A stretch of DNA of 64,000 nt, taken from NCBI GenBank assembly GCA_963742735.1, contig CAVUMN010000004.1, forward strand, positions 192,001 to 256,000. Reading direction: 5' to 3'. Numbering within the stretch: position 1 is the first letter of the stretch; every line of letters starts with the position of its first letter. Of this stretch, positions 46,661 to 55,897 are shown piece by piece. Made by a program: the position numbers and the translations under genes. Below the pieces are notes generated by a model that saw only the letters and a program-made list of their open reading frames with translations, had not been told where the DNA came from and made no database searches. The stretch comes from an uncultured Actinomycetes bacterium (GTDB lineage Bacteria > Actinomycetota > UBA4738 > JBBDTT01).

Positions 46661-47965
46661 GTGGACGGGCCGAACGTGCTGCTGCTCGTGCTCGACACGG
46701 CCCGCGCGGACCGCTTCGTGCCGCACGGCGGGCCGGCCGCCACCGCCCCGGTCGTCGCCGACCTCACCGCACGCGGTACGGCGATCCGACGCGCGCTGGC
46801 CACCTCGAACTGGACGCTCCCGTCGCACGTGAGCCTGTTCACCGGCCTCCTGCCGTCGGAGTTCGGCGTCGCCGGGGGCTCCGGGGACCGCGCCGGCTAC
46901 CTGCGGACGGTCCGGGAGGGATTCGTCCGCCACGCGAAGCGGACGCTTCCCCAGGTCCTGCGCGACCGGGGCTACGAGACCCGAGCGGTGAGCGCCAACC
47001 CGTGGATCCGGGAGGCGTTCGGGTTCGGGACGGGCTTCGACGTCTTCGCCGAGGTCGCCGGCACGCGGCCGCGACACGACTCGCTCCGCCGGACCAAGCT
47101 GGCGTGGTGGCGAGCCCGCCACGACGACGGCGCCGCGGAGGCGCGCGAGCACGTGCGCCGCTGGATCGCCGGCGCCGGGCGGCCGTTCTTCTGGTTCGTG
47201 AACCTCATGGAGTGCCACACGCCGTACCTGCCGCCCCGGCCCTACGACGACCTCGGACCGGTGGAACGGTGGCGGGCGGTTCGCGACGCCACCCGCTACC
47301 TGACGCCGGTCGACCTGGCCCGGATCTGCGTCGGTGAGCTCGACCCCGGCCCCGACGCGTTCGCCCGCATGGCCCACCTGTACGGCCGGGCGATCCGATC
47401 CATGGACGACTGGCTCGGCGGCGTCCTGGAGGACCTCGACCGGGCGGGTCGGCTCCAGGACACGCTCGTCGTGGTGACCTCCGACCACGGCGAGCACCTT
47501 GGCGAGGGCGGGCTGCTCGGCCACACGATGTCGCTCTCCCAGCGGCTGCTGCACGTGCCCCTGGTCTCGGCCGGGCCCCGGCCGCTCCGCGACGACGGAG
47601 GGCCGGTCAGCCTGGCTCGTCTGCCGCAGCTGGTGGCGGAGGCGGCCGGGCTCGAGGACCACCCGTGGACCGATTGGCGGTGGCCGGGCGTCGCGCCGGC
47701 CCACAACGCCGGCCTGGGGCACTCGCCGGAACGCCAGAAGGTCGCGGAGGCCCGAGGCGTTCCCGCGGCGGCCAGGGAGCGGCTGAACACCGCGATGGAG
47801 AGCGCGACCGACGGCCGCTTCAAGCTCCTGCGGGTCGGGGATCGGGTGACGCTGCACGACCTGGACTCCGATCCCGAGGAGCGCGAGGACGTCTCGGCCG
47901 CGCACCCCGAGCGGGTGGAGGCATTGCGGAACGCGCTGGTCCTGGAGGCGCTCGGCTCGCCCTAG
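46661..47965 (+). CDS. Sulfatase-like hydrolase/transferase with Thr nucleophile (paralog of 40077-41513)
   Basis: PNVLLLVLDTARAD, WTLPSHVSLFTG, FVNLMECHTPY, TSDHGE; TACCAT -10 7 nt before GTG 46661. Confidence 0.87.
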   Translation: MDGPNVLLLVLDTARADRFVPHGGPAATAPVVADLTARGTAIRRALATSNWTLPSHVSLFTGLLPSEFGVAGGSGDRAGYLRTVREGFVRHAKRTLPQVLRDRGYETRAVSANPWIREAFGFGTGFDVFAEVAGTRPRHDSLRRTKLAWWRARHDDGAAEAREHVRRWIAGAGRPFFWFVNLMECHTPYLPPRPYDDLGPVERWRAVRDATRYLTPVDLARICVGELDPGPDAFARMAHLYGRAIRSMDDWLGGVLEDLDRAGRLQDTLVVVTSDHGEHLGEGGLLGHTMSLSQRLLHVPLVSAGPRPLRDDGGPVSLARLPQLVAEAAGLEDHPWTDWRWPGVAPAHNAGLGHSPERQKVAEARGVPAAARERLNTAMESATDGRFKLLRVGDRVTLHDLDSDPEEREDVSAAHPERVEALRNALVLEALGSP

Positions 47966-49224
47966 GGCTTGCGCGCGCGGGAGGCGCGCCGCGTCGCCGC
48001 GGTCTCGCGAACCCTGCGAAGCAGCGTGCGCCGCCCGTTCGAGGGCTCGACGGGAATGCCGTCGCCGGCCGGATCGGTACGGGGGGGCGCCGCGTCCCCG
48101 GGGGGCGGCTCTGCCGGCGCCGGCGGCCACTGCATCCGCGTGTCCCAGTAGTGGAGCAGCAGGATCTTCACCGCGGCGATCAGCGGGACCGCCAGGAGCA
48201 TGCCCCACAGCCCGAGCAGGGTGCCCCCCACCAGCAGGCCGAGCATGACCGTCACCGGGTGCAGCTTCACGGTCCGGGCCACCACGTTCGGGCTGATGAT
48301 GTGGTTGTCGATCTGCTGCACGATCAGCAGCGCGGCCAGGGCGCCGACGGCCAGCGGCAGTCCGGGCTCCAGCGCGAGCAGGCCGCCGCTCGTCGTGGTC
48401 GTGAACGCGATGAACAGGGCCGGGATGGCCGCGATGAACGGCCCCACCAGCGGGATCAGGTTGAAGAGACCGCAGATCAGGCCGACCAGGGCGAAGTAGG
48501 GCAATCCGACGATCCACAGCACCAGGATCGAGGCGACCCCCACGAACAACGCGACGAGCAGCTGGCCGCGGAAGAACCCGCCGAGCGCCCGGCCCATCTT
48601 CTCCAGGACCCCGTCCACCTCCGCCCGCCGCCGGGAGGGGATCAGGGCCTTGACCCCTCGCTGGATCTTGGGGAGGTCCACGAGCAGGTAGAACGCCAGG
48701 ATCGGGCCGAGGACGGCGACCACCGCGACGTGGAGCACGCCCGCGGTGAACGAGAAGATCCGGCCGATGAACTCGCCGCCGCCGCCCTCGGGGCCCAGGC
48801 TGCCCACGATGGCCCCGGCGTCGATGTTCAGGTCGAACCGGTCCGCGAAGTCCTGCAGGCTGGCCTGGGCCCGGTCGAGCAGGTCCGGGACCCCCTTCGC
48901 GAAATCCCCGACCTGATCGGCGATGGCCGGGATCAGGAACCGCATGCCCACCCCCAGCATCGAGAGGAACACCAGGTAGGTGAGCAGCGACGCCCACAGG
49001 CGCCCGATCTTCGGCTCGAGGCGGCGGACGATGGGGTTGAGCAGGTAGACGAGGACGAGGGCCACGACCAGCGGCGGGAACACGACGCGGATCGGATACA
49101 GGACGTAGCGGACAAAGAGCCCCGCAACGAAGATCAGGCCGAGCACGGACCAGGCGATCAGGCCCCATCGGACGATCCGCGTGACGAACGGGCTGGAAAG
49201 CACGCGGCCTCGGCTCTCGTCCAC
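47962..49224 (-). CDS. AI-2E family transporter
   Basis: YLLNPIV, FYLLVD, GFFRGQL, NLIPLVGP, QQIDNHIISP, LHPVTV, GMLLAVP. Confidence 0.92.
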   Translation of the reverse strand: MDESRGRVLSSPFVTRIVRWGLIAWSVLGLIFVAGLFVRYVLYPIRVVFPPLVVALVLVYLLNPIVRRLEPKIGRLWASLLTYLVFLSMLGVGMRFLIPAIADQVGDFAKGVPDLLDRAQASLQDFADRFDLNIDAGAIVGSLGPEGGGGEFIGRIFSFTAGVLHVAVVAVLGPILAFYLLVDLPKIQRGVKALIPSRRRAEVDGVLEKMGRALGGFFRGQLLVALFVGVASILVLWIVGLPYFALVGLICGLFNLIPLVGPFIAAIPALFIAFTTTTSGGLLALEPGLPLAVGALAALLIVQQIDNHIISPNVVARTVKLHPVTVMLGLLVGGTLLGLWGMLLAVPLIAAVKILLLHYWDTRMQWPPAPAEPPPGDAAPPRTDPAGDGIPVEPSNGRRTLLRRVRETAATRRASRARKP

Positions 49225-49283
49225 CTCGCGGCATTCTAGGCCCGGAGCTTCAGCCGGGGCCCCTGCCGTCCGATGAATTGTGC

Positions 49284-49727
49284 ATGGACGATCGACGACT
49301 CCGGGTCCTCGTGATCGACGACGAGCCCGACGTGCTGCTGCTCTGTCGCGTGAACCTCTCGCTGGCCGGGATGGACGTGATCGAGGCCGGCGACGGGGAG
49401 AAGGGCATCGAGACCGCCGTGGCCGAGCTTCCCGACGTGGTGGTCCTCGACGTGATGATGCCCCGCATGGACGGCTACACCGCCCTGCGGGAGCTCAAGA
49501 AGCGGCCCTCCACCGCGAACATCCCCGTGATCATGCTCACCGCGAAGGCCCAGCAGGAGGATCAGATCCAGGGCTGGGCGGCGGGTGTGGCCGAGTACGT
49601 GACCAAGCCGTTCTCCCCGGGTGAGGTGGCCGCGGCCGTGTCCCGTGTGGCCGGCATGACGCCGGAGGAGCTCCACAGCCGGCGGATGGACACGCTGTCC
49701 CGTCTGTCGGTCGCGCAGTCGGCCTGA
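49284..49727 (+). CDS. Single-domain response regulator (receiver only)
   Basis: VLVIDDE, LDVMMPRMDG, IMLTAK, YVTKPF; short C-terminal tail, no output domain. Confidence 0.92.
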   Translation: MDDRRLRVLVIDDEPDVLLLCRVNLSLAGMDVIEAGDGEKGIETAVAELPDVVVLDVMMPRMDGYTALRELKKRPSTANIPVIMLTAKAQQEDQIQGWAAGVAEYVTKPFSPGEVAAAVSRVAGMTPEELHSRRMDTLSRLSVAQSA

Positions 49728-49779
49728 GACGCACCCGTCCGCTCGAACCGACGAACCGGTCCTGGGTAGACTCCCCTCC

Positions 49780-51022
49780 GTGCTTCCGCACGTCCCGGTG
49801 CCGCCCAAACATCTCGACGACTATCGAGAGGCCGCCGGCGACGAGGCGGTCGAGCGCTTCCTCGAGGTGGCCAAGCCGCTCAAGGGCCTCCGCCTCCTGC
49901 ATCTGAACAGCACGAACTTCGGCGGCGGCGTGGCGGAGCTGCTGTTCACGCACATCGGCCTGCTGCAGGACGTGGGCATCGACGCCCAGTGGCACCTGAT
50001 CGAGGGCTCCGAGGACTTCTTCGCGATCACCAAGGCCGCCCACAACGGGCTCCAGGGCGCCGAGGTCCCCTGGACGCGGGACATGGAGATCACCCTGCTC
50101 GACCGGATCCGCGACAACGCCCGGGAGCTCACCACCGACTGGGACGTGTACTTCATCCACGACCCCCAGCCCGCGGCGCTGCGGACCATCCTCGCCCAGG
50201 AGGACCGCCTGAACGGCACCTGGATCTGGCGCTGCCACATCGACCTGTCGCACACCTTCCGCCCCGTGTGGGACTTCTTCGCGACCCACGTGGAGCAGTA
50301 CGACGCGGCGATCTTCACCATGCGCGACTTCGTCCAACCCGGCTTCTCGGGGCCGACGGTCGAGGCGATCGCCCCGTCGATCGACCCCCTTTCCGCGAAG
50401 AACGACGAGCTCGACGAGGACACCGTCCGTCACGTCGTGCACCGCTACGGGGTCGACGAGAACCGCCCGATCGCACTCCAGGTCTCGAGGTTCGACCCGT
50501 GGAAGGACCCGGTCGGCGTCATCCAGGCGTACCGCCTGGCGAAGGAGGACGTCCCCGACCTCCAGCTCGTGATGATCGGGTCGATGGCCGCCGACGACCC
50601 CGAGGGGTGGCATTACCTGCAGGTCACCGAGGACGCCCGGGCGGGCGACGAGGACATCACGCTGCTGACCAACCTCCAGGAGGTCGGCAACCTGGAGGTG
50701 AACGCGTTCCAGCGAGCCTCGGACGTGGTGCTCCAGAAATCCCTCCGCGAGGGGTTCGGCCTGACCGTCTCCGAGGCCATGTGGAAGCGCAAGGCCGTGG
50801 TCGGCGGGGCCGTCGGCGGGATCGCCCTGCAGATCGAGGACGGGGTCAGCGGCTACCTGGTCGACTCCGCCGAGATGTGCGCGCAAGCGGATGGTCGAGC
50901 TGCTGAACGACCCCGGCCTGCGGGAGTCGATGGGCCGGCGCGCCCACGAGCGGGTGCGCGACCGGTTCCTCACGCTCCGCGAGCTGGAGGACTACCTGCG
51001 TCTGATCCAGTCCGTGCGGTGA
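49780..51022 (+). CDS. treT: Trehalose glycosyltransferring synthase (TreT-like GT4), frameshift near 50890
   Basis: NSTNFGGGVAE, IHDPQP, WRCHIDLS, PSIDPLS, SRFDPWKD, EGFGLTVSEA; the natural C-terminus (KRMVELLNDP...HERVRDRFL) is in a shifted frame ending at TGA 51022; TAGACT -10 7 nt before the start. Confidence 0.85.
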
Positions 51023-52419
51023 GCCCGGACCCGCCGCGGCCTCTGCTGGTCGCGTCGAACCGCGGCCCGTCGATCTCCAGGGACGCCGACGGCGCGGTGT
51101 CCGTGACACGGGCTGCCGGCGGCCTGTCCGCAGCGATCCTGGACGTCCTGCTGGAGACCGGCGGCACGTGGGTGGCGGCCGCCATGGCTCCGGCCGAGCG
51201 GGACGCCGGCAGGGTCGAGCTCGGGCCGGGCCGGCGCCTTCGCTACGTCGAGGTCGACCCGAACACGTTCGAGGCGTACTACAACGGCCTGTCCAACCGG
51301 GTGCTCTGGTTCGCCCACCACGCGCTGTGGGACGTCCCCAACGCTCCCTCGTTCGGCCAGGAGACCCGGGAGGCGTGGAAGGCCTACGCGCAGGTCAACG
51401 CGGCGTTCGCCCGCGCCCTGCTGGAGGAGGCGGGAGAGGGCGACGCCTTCCTGATCCAGGACTACCACCTGTCCCTCGTCCCGATGCTGCTCCGCGAGGT
51501 CCGCCCCGAGGCCCGGATCGCCTACTTCCACCACATCCCCTTCGCCGAGCCGGGGTACCTCCGGATCCTCCCCGACGAGATCGTCTCCGGCCTCCTCGGG
51601 GGCATGCTCGGCGCCGACGTGGTCGGCTTCCACGCCGAGGGCTGGGCCCGGAACTTCCTGGCGGCCGCGCGGCAGGTGAAGGCGACGCGGGTGGACGGCC
51701 GCCGCGGGGTGGTGACCCGTCGCGGCCGGCGGACCCTGGTCGACGTCAACCCCATCTCGATCGACCCGGCCGCTCTGCGCGAACAGGCCTCCCGCCCCGA
51801 GGTCCGGGCGAACCGGGAGGCCCTCCGCCGCGGCGACGAGCTCCTGATCGTGCGCGCCGACCGCATGGAGCTCTCCAAGAACATCGTCCGAGGCTTCAAC
51901 GCGTTCGAGCGGCTCCTGGAGGCCCACGCCGAGTGGCGGGACCGGGTTCGGTTCCTGGCCCACGTGTATCCCTCGCGGGAGGCGGTCGCCGAGTATGCCG
52001 TGTACGCCGAGCGCTGCGAGCGGGCCGCGGCCCGCGTCAACGAGCGGTTCCCGGGCAGCGTCGAGCTGGTCGTCCGCGACGACTTCGACGAGGTCCTCGC
52101 CGCGTACCTGGAGTACGACATCCTGCTGGTGAACCCGGTGTTCGACGGCATGAACCTGGTCGCCAAGGAGGGCCCCGCGGTCAACGAGCGCGATGGCGTG
52201 CTGGTCCTGTCGCGCAACGCCGGCGCCGCCGAGGAGCTCGGCCGGCACGCGCTGGTGGTCAATCCGTTCGACGTCGAGGCCACCGCCGAGGCCCTCCACG
52301 TCGCCCTGTCCATGAAGCCGAAGGAACGGGCCCGCCGCGCCGCGGGCCTCAGGCAGGCCGTGGAGGCGCGCTCCGCCGGCGCCTGGATCGCCCGCCAGCT
52401 GTCCGCCCTCGACGGCTAG
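51019..52419 (+). CDS. otsA: Trehalose-6-phosphate synthase (GT20)
   Basis: LVASNRGP, AGGL, YYNGLSNRVLW, IQDYHL, HHIPF, DRMELSKN, DGMNLVAKE, VNPFD. Confidence 0.9.
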   Translation: MSPDPPRPLLVASNRGPSISRDADGAVSVTRAAGGLSAAILDVLLETGGTWVAAAMAPAERDAGRVELGPGRRLRYVEVDPNTFEAYYNGLSNRVLWFAHHALWDVPNAPSFGQETREAWKAYAQVNAAFARALLEEAGEGDAFLIQDYHLSLVPMLLREVRPEARIAYFHHIPFAEPGYLRILPDEIVSGLLGGMLGADVVGFHAEGWARNFLAAARQVKATRVDGRRGVVTRRGRRTLVDVNPISIDPAALREQASRPEVRANREALRRGDELLIVRADRMELSKNIVRGFNAFERLLEAHAEWRDRVRFLAHVYPSREAVAEYAVYAERCERAAARVNERFPGSVELVVRDDFDEVLAAYLEYDILLVNPVFDGMNLVAKEGPAVNERDGVLVLSRNAGAAEELGRHALVVNPFDVEATAEALHVALSMKPKERARRAAGLRQAVEARSAGAWIARQLSALDG

Positions 52420-53162
52420 GTCCCCGCCAGCTCCCGGAGCATCCCGACGAGCCCCAGGGGGCCGTCGGCGGCGGCGTCGGCGCGCTCCAGCAGCGCCGAG
52501 GGGGTCTCGGGGCCGCGGACGGCGACGCGGATCACGTGCAGGCCGTCCTGCTCGAGCCGGTCCAGGGCGGCGAACGCGTCCAGGTCGGCGAGGTCGTCCC
52601 CCGCGAACGCCACCGCCTCGAACCCGCGTTCCCGCGCGATCCGCTCGACGAGCCCGCCCTTGGAGGGACGGCCCGCGGCAAGCTCGATCACCCGCTTTCC
52701 ACTGATGACCTCCAGGCCGTGACGCTCGCCGATGGACCACAGCGCCGCGGCCAGGACCTCCTCCGCCGCCGCGGGGTCCTCGGCCGCCCGGTAGTGGACG
52801 GCGATCGAGCGTCCCTTGGGTTCGACCCACGCCCCCGGCACTCCTTCGGCGGCGGCCTCGACCAGGGGACGGACCGACTCGATCACCGAGGCGGCCGCGG
52901 GGTCGGGGTCGGCCTCCATCCCGTACAGGCCGTGGACCTCGACCGCCGGCGCGTCGAGGAGCGAGCGCACCTGCGCGCCCGGGCGGCCGGTGACGATCGC
53001 CACCAGGGCGAACCGCTCCGACAGGGCGTCGAGCGCGGCCACGGCGCCCTCGACGGCCCGGGCCGCGTCGGGATGCTCCACGATCTCGGCCAGGGTCCCG
53101 TCGAAGTCCAGGAACACGCCCGCGCGCCGGTGCCGTTCGCGGATCGCGTCGAGGGCCTCCAC
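52416..53162 (-). CDS. otsB: Trehalose-6-phosphate phosphatase (HAD)
   Basis: FLDFDGTLAEI, VTGRP, GLYG, VEPKG, VHYR, SKG, GDDLADLDAF; start GTG 53162 (alternative ATG 53171). Confidence 0.92.
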   Translation of the reverse strand: MEALDAIRERHRRAGVFLDFDGTLAEIVEHPDAARAVEGAVAALDALSERFALVAIVTGRPGAQVRSLLDAPAVEVHGLYGMEADPDPAAASVIESVRPLVEAAAEGVPGAWVEPKGRSIAVHYRAAEDPAAAEEVLAAALWSIGERHGLEVISGKRVIELAAGRPSKGGLVERIARERGFEAVAFAGDDLADLDAFAALDRLEQDGLHVIRVAVRGPETPSALLERADAAADGPLGLVGMLRELAGT

Positions 53163-53190
53163 GCGGGCCATCGTAGTTACACTCGAACGC
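53163..53190. promoter_or_regulatory. Divergent leaderless promoters with -10 boxes 2 bp apart
   Basis: Minus TACGAT (53170-53175) 7 nt before GTG 53162; plus TACACT (53178-53183) 7 nt before GTG 53191. Confidence 0.65.
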
Positions 53191-54018
53191 GTGAGGCTCC
53201 CCGGCCGCGTCCTGGCGCTTTCGCTCGCGCTGCTCGCGGCGACGTCGTGCACGAGCGGCCAGGTCTCGCTGCGCTACGTCCTGCGGTCGGGACGCTCGCT
53301 GGAGTACCGGCTGGTCCTGGAGGCGACCGTGCGCCGCACCCTGGCCGGTGACCCGAGCGAACAGCACCTGGAGGCGGTGTTCCACACCAGCCAGACCATC
53401 CTGGAGGACCTCGGCTCGGGCGGGGCCCGCGCGGTCGTCACGCTGGAGCCCGAGTCCCTCACCGTGGACGGCCGCGAGGCGACCCCGGGGCCGGATCAGG
53501 AGTTCGTGGTCGTCCTCAGCCCGGACGGCAGCGTGACCCGGGTCGAGTCGGCGAGCGGGGCGGCGCCCGACGTCCTGGCCCCGGTCGGCCTGGACCGGCT
53601 GCTCCCGCGCCTGCGCCCGGTGCTCCCGCCCGGGCCGGTGAGCCCCGGCGACGACTGGGCCTCCGATCTTGACCTGACGGACGACACCGGATCGCTGTCC
53701 CTGGACGTCTCCAGCCGGCTGGCCGCGCTCGGCCTGGCGGAGGGCCACCGGGCCGCGCTCATCCGATCCTCCTACTCCTCACCGGTCGACCGGCGGGCGA
53801 CCTTCGAGAACGCGATCGCGCAGATCGAGGGCGAGGACGTCGGGACGCAGGCGGCCTGGTTCGCCCTCGACGGCTTCCTGGTGCGGGCCACGGGGGACTC
53901 GGTGGGCGACTACCGGGTGACGTTCCGCCCGCCCGGCGGCAGCTCCGCGGTCGGCGCCGTCAGCGGGACCCTCTCGGTGCTGCTCCACACGGAGATCGAG
54001 CTGGTCGCGAAACGGTAG
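53191..54018 (+). CDS. Hypothetical lipoprotein, beta-rich
   Basis: Signal VLALSLALLAATS|C (lipobox-like); LPPGPVSPGDDW motif; GC3-rich. Confidence 0.7.
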   Translation: MRLPGRVLALSLALLAATSCTSGQVSLRYVLRSGRSLEYRLVLEATVRRTLAGDPSEQHLEAVFHTSQTILEDLGSGGARAVVTLEPESLTVDGREATPGPDQEFVVVLSPDGSVTRVESASGAAPDVLAPVGLDRLLPRLRPVLPPGPVSPGDDWASDLDLTDDTGSLSLDVSSRLAALGLAEGHRAALIRSSYSSPVDRRATFENAIAQIEGEDVGTQAAWFALDGFLVRATGDSVGDYRVTFRPPGGSSAVGAVSGTLSVLLHTEIELVAKR

Positions 54019-54022
54019 CGGA

Positions 54023-54892
54023 CTACTCGAGGAAGCGCGAGGGCAGTGTCCCGACCGCGAGGACGCCGGGCCCCGAATGCGTGCCGACGACCGGACCGAC
54101 CTCGGAGACGCATTCGGGGGGGCGGTCGAACACGTCGGTCAGCCGTTCGACCAGTCGAGCGGCATCCTCGTGGGCGGCGCCGTGCTGGACCACCCACGCG
54201 TCGGCGCCCGCGGCCTTCTGCTGCCGGGCCAGCTCGATCAGACGCTCCACGCCCTTGGCCCGGCTTCGCACCCGTTCGATCGCGCGGACCTCGGACTCGA
54301 CGGTGAGGATCGGCTTGATGTTGAGCGTCGAGCCGATCCATGCCGCGGCCGCGCCCACGCGCCCTCCCCGCCGGAGGAACTCGAGGGTATCGAGGAGGAA
54401 CCAGTTCCGGGCCTCGGATCGAGCCTGCCGGACCCGGTCGGTCACCTCGTCGAGCCCCGCGCCGGAGGCCGCCGCCCGGGCACCCGCCAGGGCCAGCAGG
54501 CCCAGATGCAGGCCCATGGCGGCCGAGTCCAGCACGACCACGCGTTCGCCGCCCTTGCCCTCCGCGGCCAGCTGCTCCGCCGCCCGACGCGCCTCGTTGC
54601 AGGTCTCCGAGAGGCCCGAGGAGAGATGGACCGACAGGACGGAGCCACCATCCGCCAGCAAGGGCTCGTACGTGTGCACGAAGTCCTCCACGGGCGGCGG
54701 TGAGGTCGTCGGCGGCGTCTTCTCCACTTCCAGCCGCCGGTAGAAGGCCGTCCAGTCCTCGGTGCCTCCCTCGCTGAGCCAGATCCCGTCACCGAAGGTG
54801 TATCGAAGCGGCACGATCGCGATGCGGCTGGCGTCGGTCAGCGCACGAGGCAGATAGCCGGTGCTGTCGGTGACGATAGATAGGGACGCCAT
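54023..54892 (-). CDS. DegV/FakB family fatty-acid-binding protein
   Basis: IVTDST, TTSPP, HLSSGLS, DTLEFLRRGGRVG, LNIKPIL, VGTHSGPG. Confidence 0.92.
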   Translation of the reverse strand: MASLSIVTDSTGYLPRALTDASRIAIVPLRYTFGDGIWLSEGGTEDWTAFYRRLEVEKTPPTTSPPPVEDFVHTYEPLLADGGSVLSVHLSSGLSETCNEARRAAEQLAAEGKGGERVVVLDSAAMGLHLGLLALAGARAAASGAGLDEVTDRVRQARSEARNWFLLDTLEFLRRGGRVGAAAAWIGSTLNIKPILTVESEVRAIERVRSRAKGVERLIELARQQKAAGADAWVVQHGAAHEDAARLVERLTDVFDRPPECVSEVGPVVGTHSGPGVLAVGTLPSRFLE

Positions 54893-54980
54893 CACCATCC
54901 CCTCCTCGAGTGGGCCGAACATAGCCGCGCAGGGCCGCTCCCGTTGGAGCTGCGGCCCTGGGTGGCGGATCTCACAGCAC

Positions 54981-55850
54981 TCACTCGAGGAAGCGCGAGG
55001 GCAGGGCGCAGAAGGCGATAACGCCCGGCCCGGTATGGGCGCCGAGGACCGCCCCGAACTCTGAAACGAACTCGGGGGCTCGCCTGAACACCTCTGTGAG
55101 AGACTCCACCAGCCGCTTTGCGTCGTCGTGCGCGGCCGAGTGCTGAACCACCCACGCGTCCGCGCCGTTCGCGTGGTGCTGACGGGCGAATTCCACGAGG
55201 CGGGCCACCCCCTTCTCCCGGCTGCGCACGCGCTCGACGGCGCGGATCTCGGACTCCAGCGTGATGATGGGCTTGATGTTCAGGGTCGAGCCGATCCAGG
55301 CGGTGGCCGTTCCGATGCGCCCGCCCCTCTTCAGGAACTCCAGCGTGTCGAGCAGGTCCCAGTTCCGGGCCTCGATGCGGGCCTGCCGGACGCGGTCGGC
55401 CACGAGCTGGATGTCCCGGGTCTTCGCGGCGGCGCGGGCGGCGACGATCCCCAGGAGCCCGAGCTGGCCTGCGGCGGCGGCGGAGTCCAGCACCATCACG
55501 CGCTCTCCACCACGGCCCTCCAGCTCCAGCCTCTGGGCGGCCCGCCGAGCCACCGCGCACGTCTCCGAGAGTCCCGAGGAGATGTGGATCGAGAGCACGC
55601 TCCCGCCCCGGGCCAGCAGCGGGCCGTAGGTCTCGACGAAGTCATCCTCGGTAGGAGGGGACGTCGTCGCGAGGACTCCGGCGCCCTGGAGCCGTTCGTA
55701 GAACGGTCCCCAGTCCTCGGTCTCGTACTCGCCCAGCCAGACACCGTCTCCGAACGTGTACCTCAGCGAAACGACCTGCACGCCCAGCGATTCCAGGGTG
55801 GAACGTGGCACGTAGCCGGTGCTGTCCGTGACGATGGATACGGGCGACAT
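54981..55850 (-). CDS. DegV/FakB family fatty-acid-binding protein (tandem paralog)
   Basis: IVTDST, TTSPP, HISSGLS, DTLEFLKRGGRIG, LNIKPII, GAHTGPG; AAGGAGG SD. Confidence 0.92.
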   Translation of the reverse strand: MSPVSIVTDSTGYVPRSTLESLGVQVVSLRYTFGDGVWLGEYETEDWGPFYERLQGAGVLATTSPPTEDDFVETYGPLLARGGSVLSIHISSGLSETCAVARRAAQRLELEGRGGERVMVLDSAAAAGQLGLLGIVAARAAAKTRDIQLVADRVRQARIEARNWDLLDTLEFLKRGGRIGTATAWIGSTLNIKPIITLESEIRAVERVRSREKGVARLVEFARQHHANGADAWVVQHSAAHDDAKRLVESLTEVFRRAPEFVSEFGAVLGAHTGPGVIAFCALPSRFLE

Positions 55851-55897
55851 CGCGACCTCCTTCTCGGCCGTGGCGGGCGCGCTCGATCCCACGGCGA

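Noticed and set aside
45113-49234. Very long alternative-frame or antisense ORFs (1373 aa here; also 27337-29547, 50992-53748, 10529-12313)
   Set aside because: Arg/Pro/Gly/Ala-rich shadows of real genes, caused by stop-codon scarcity at high GC; no domain motifs.
49780-52419. Apparent 879-aa TreT-OtsA fusion
   Set aside because: The natural TreT C-terminus is in another frame after about 50890 and ends in a TGA overlapping the otsA GTG. The in-frame linker is nonsense-like, so one extra base explains the fusion.
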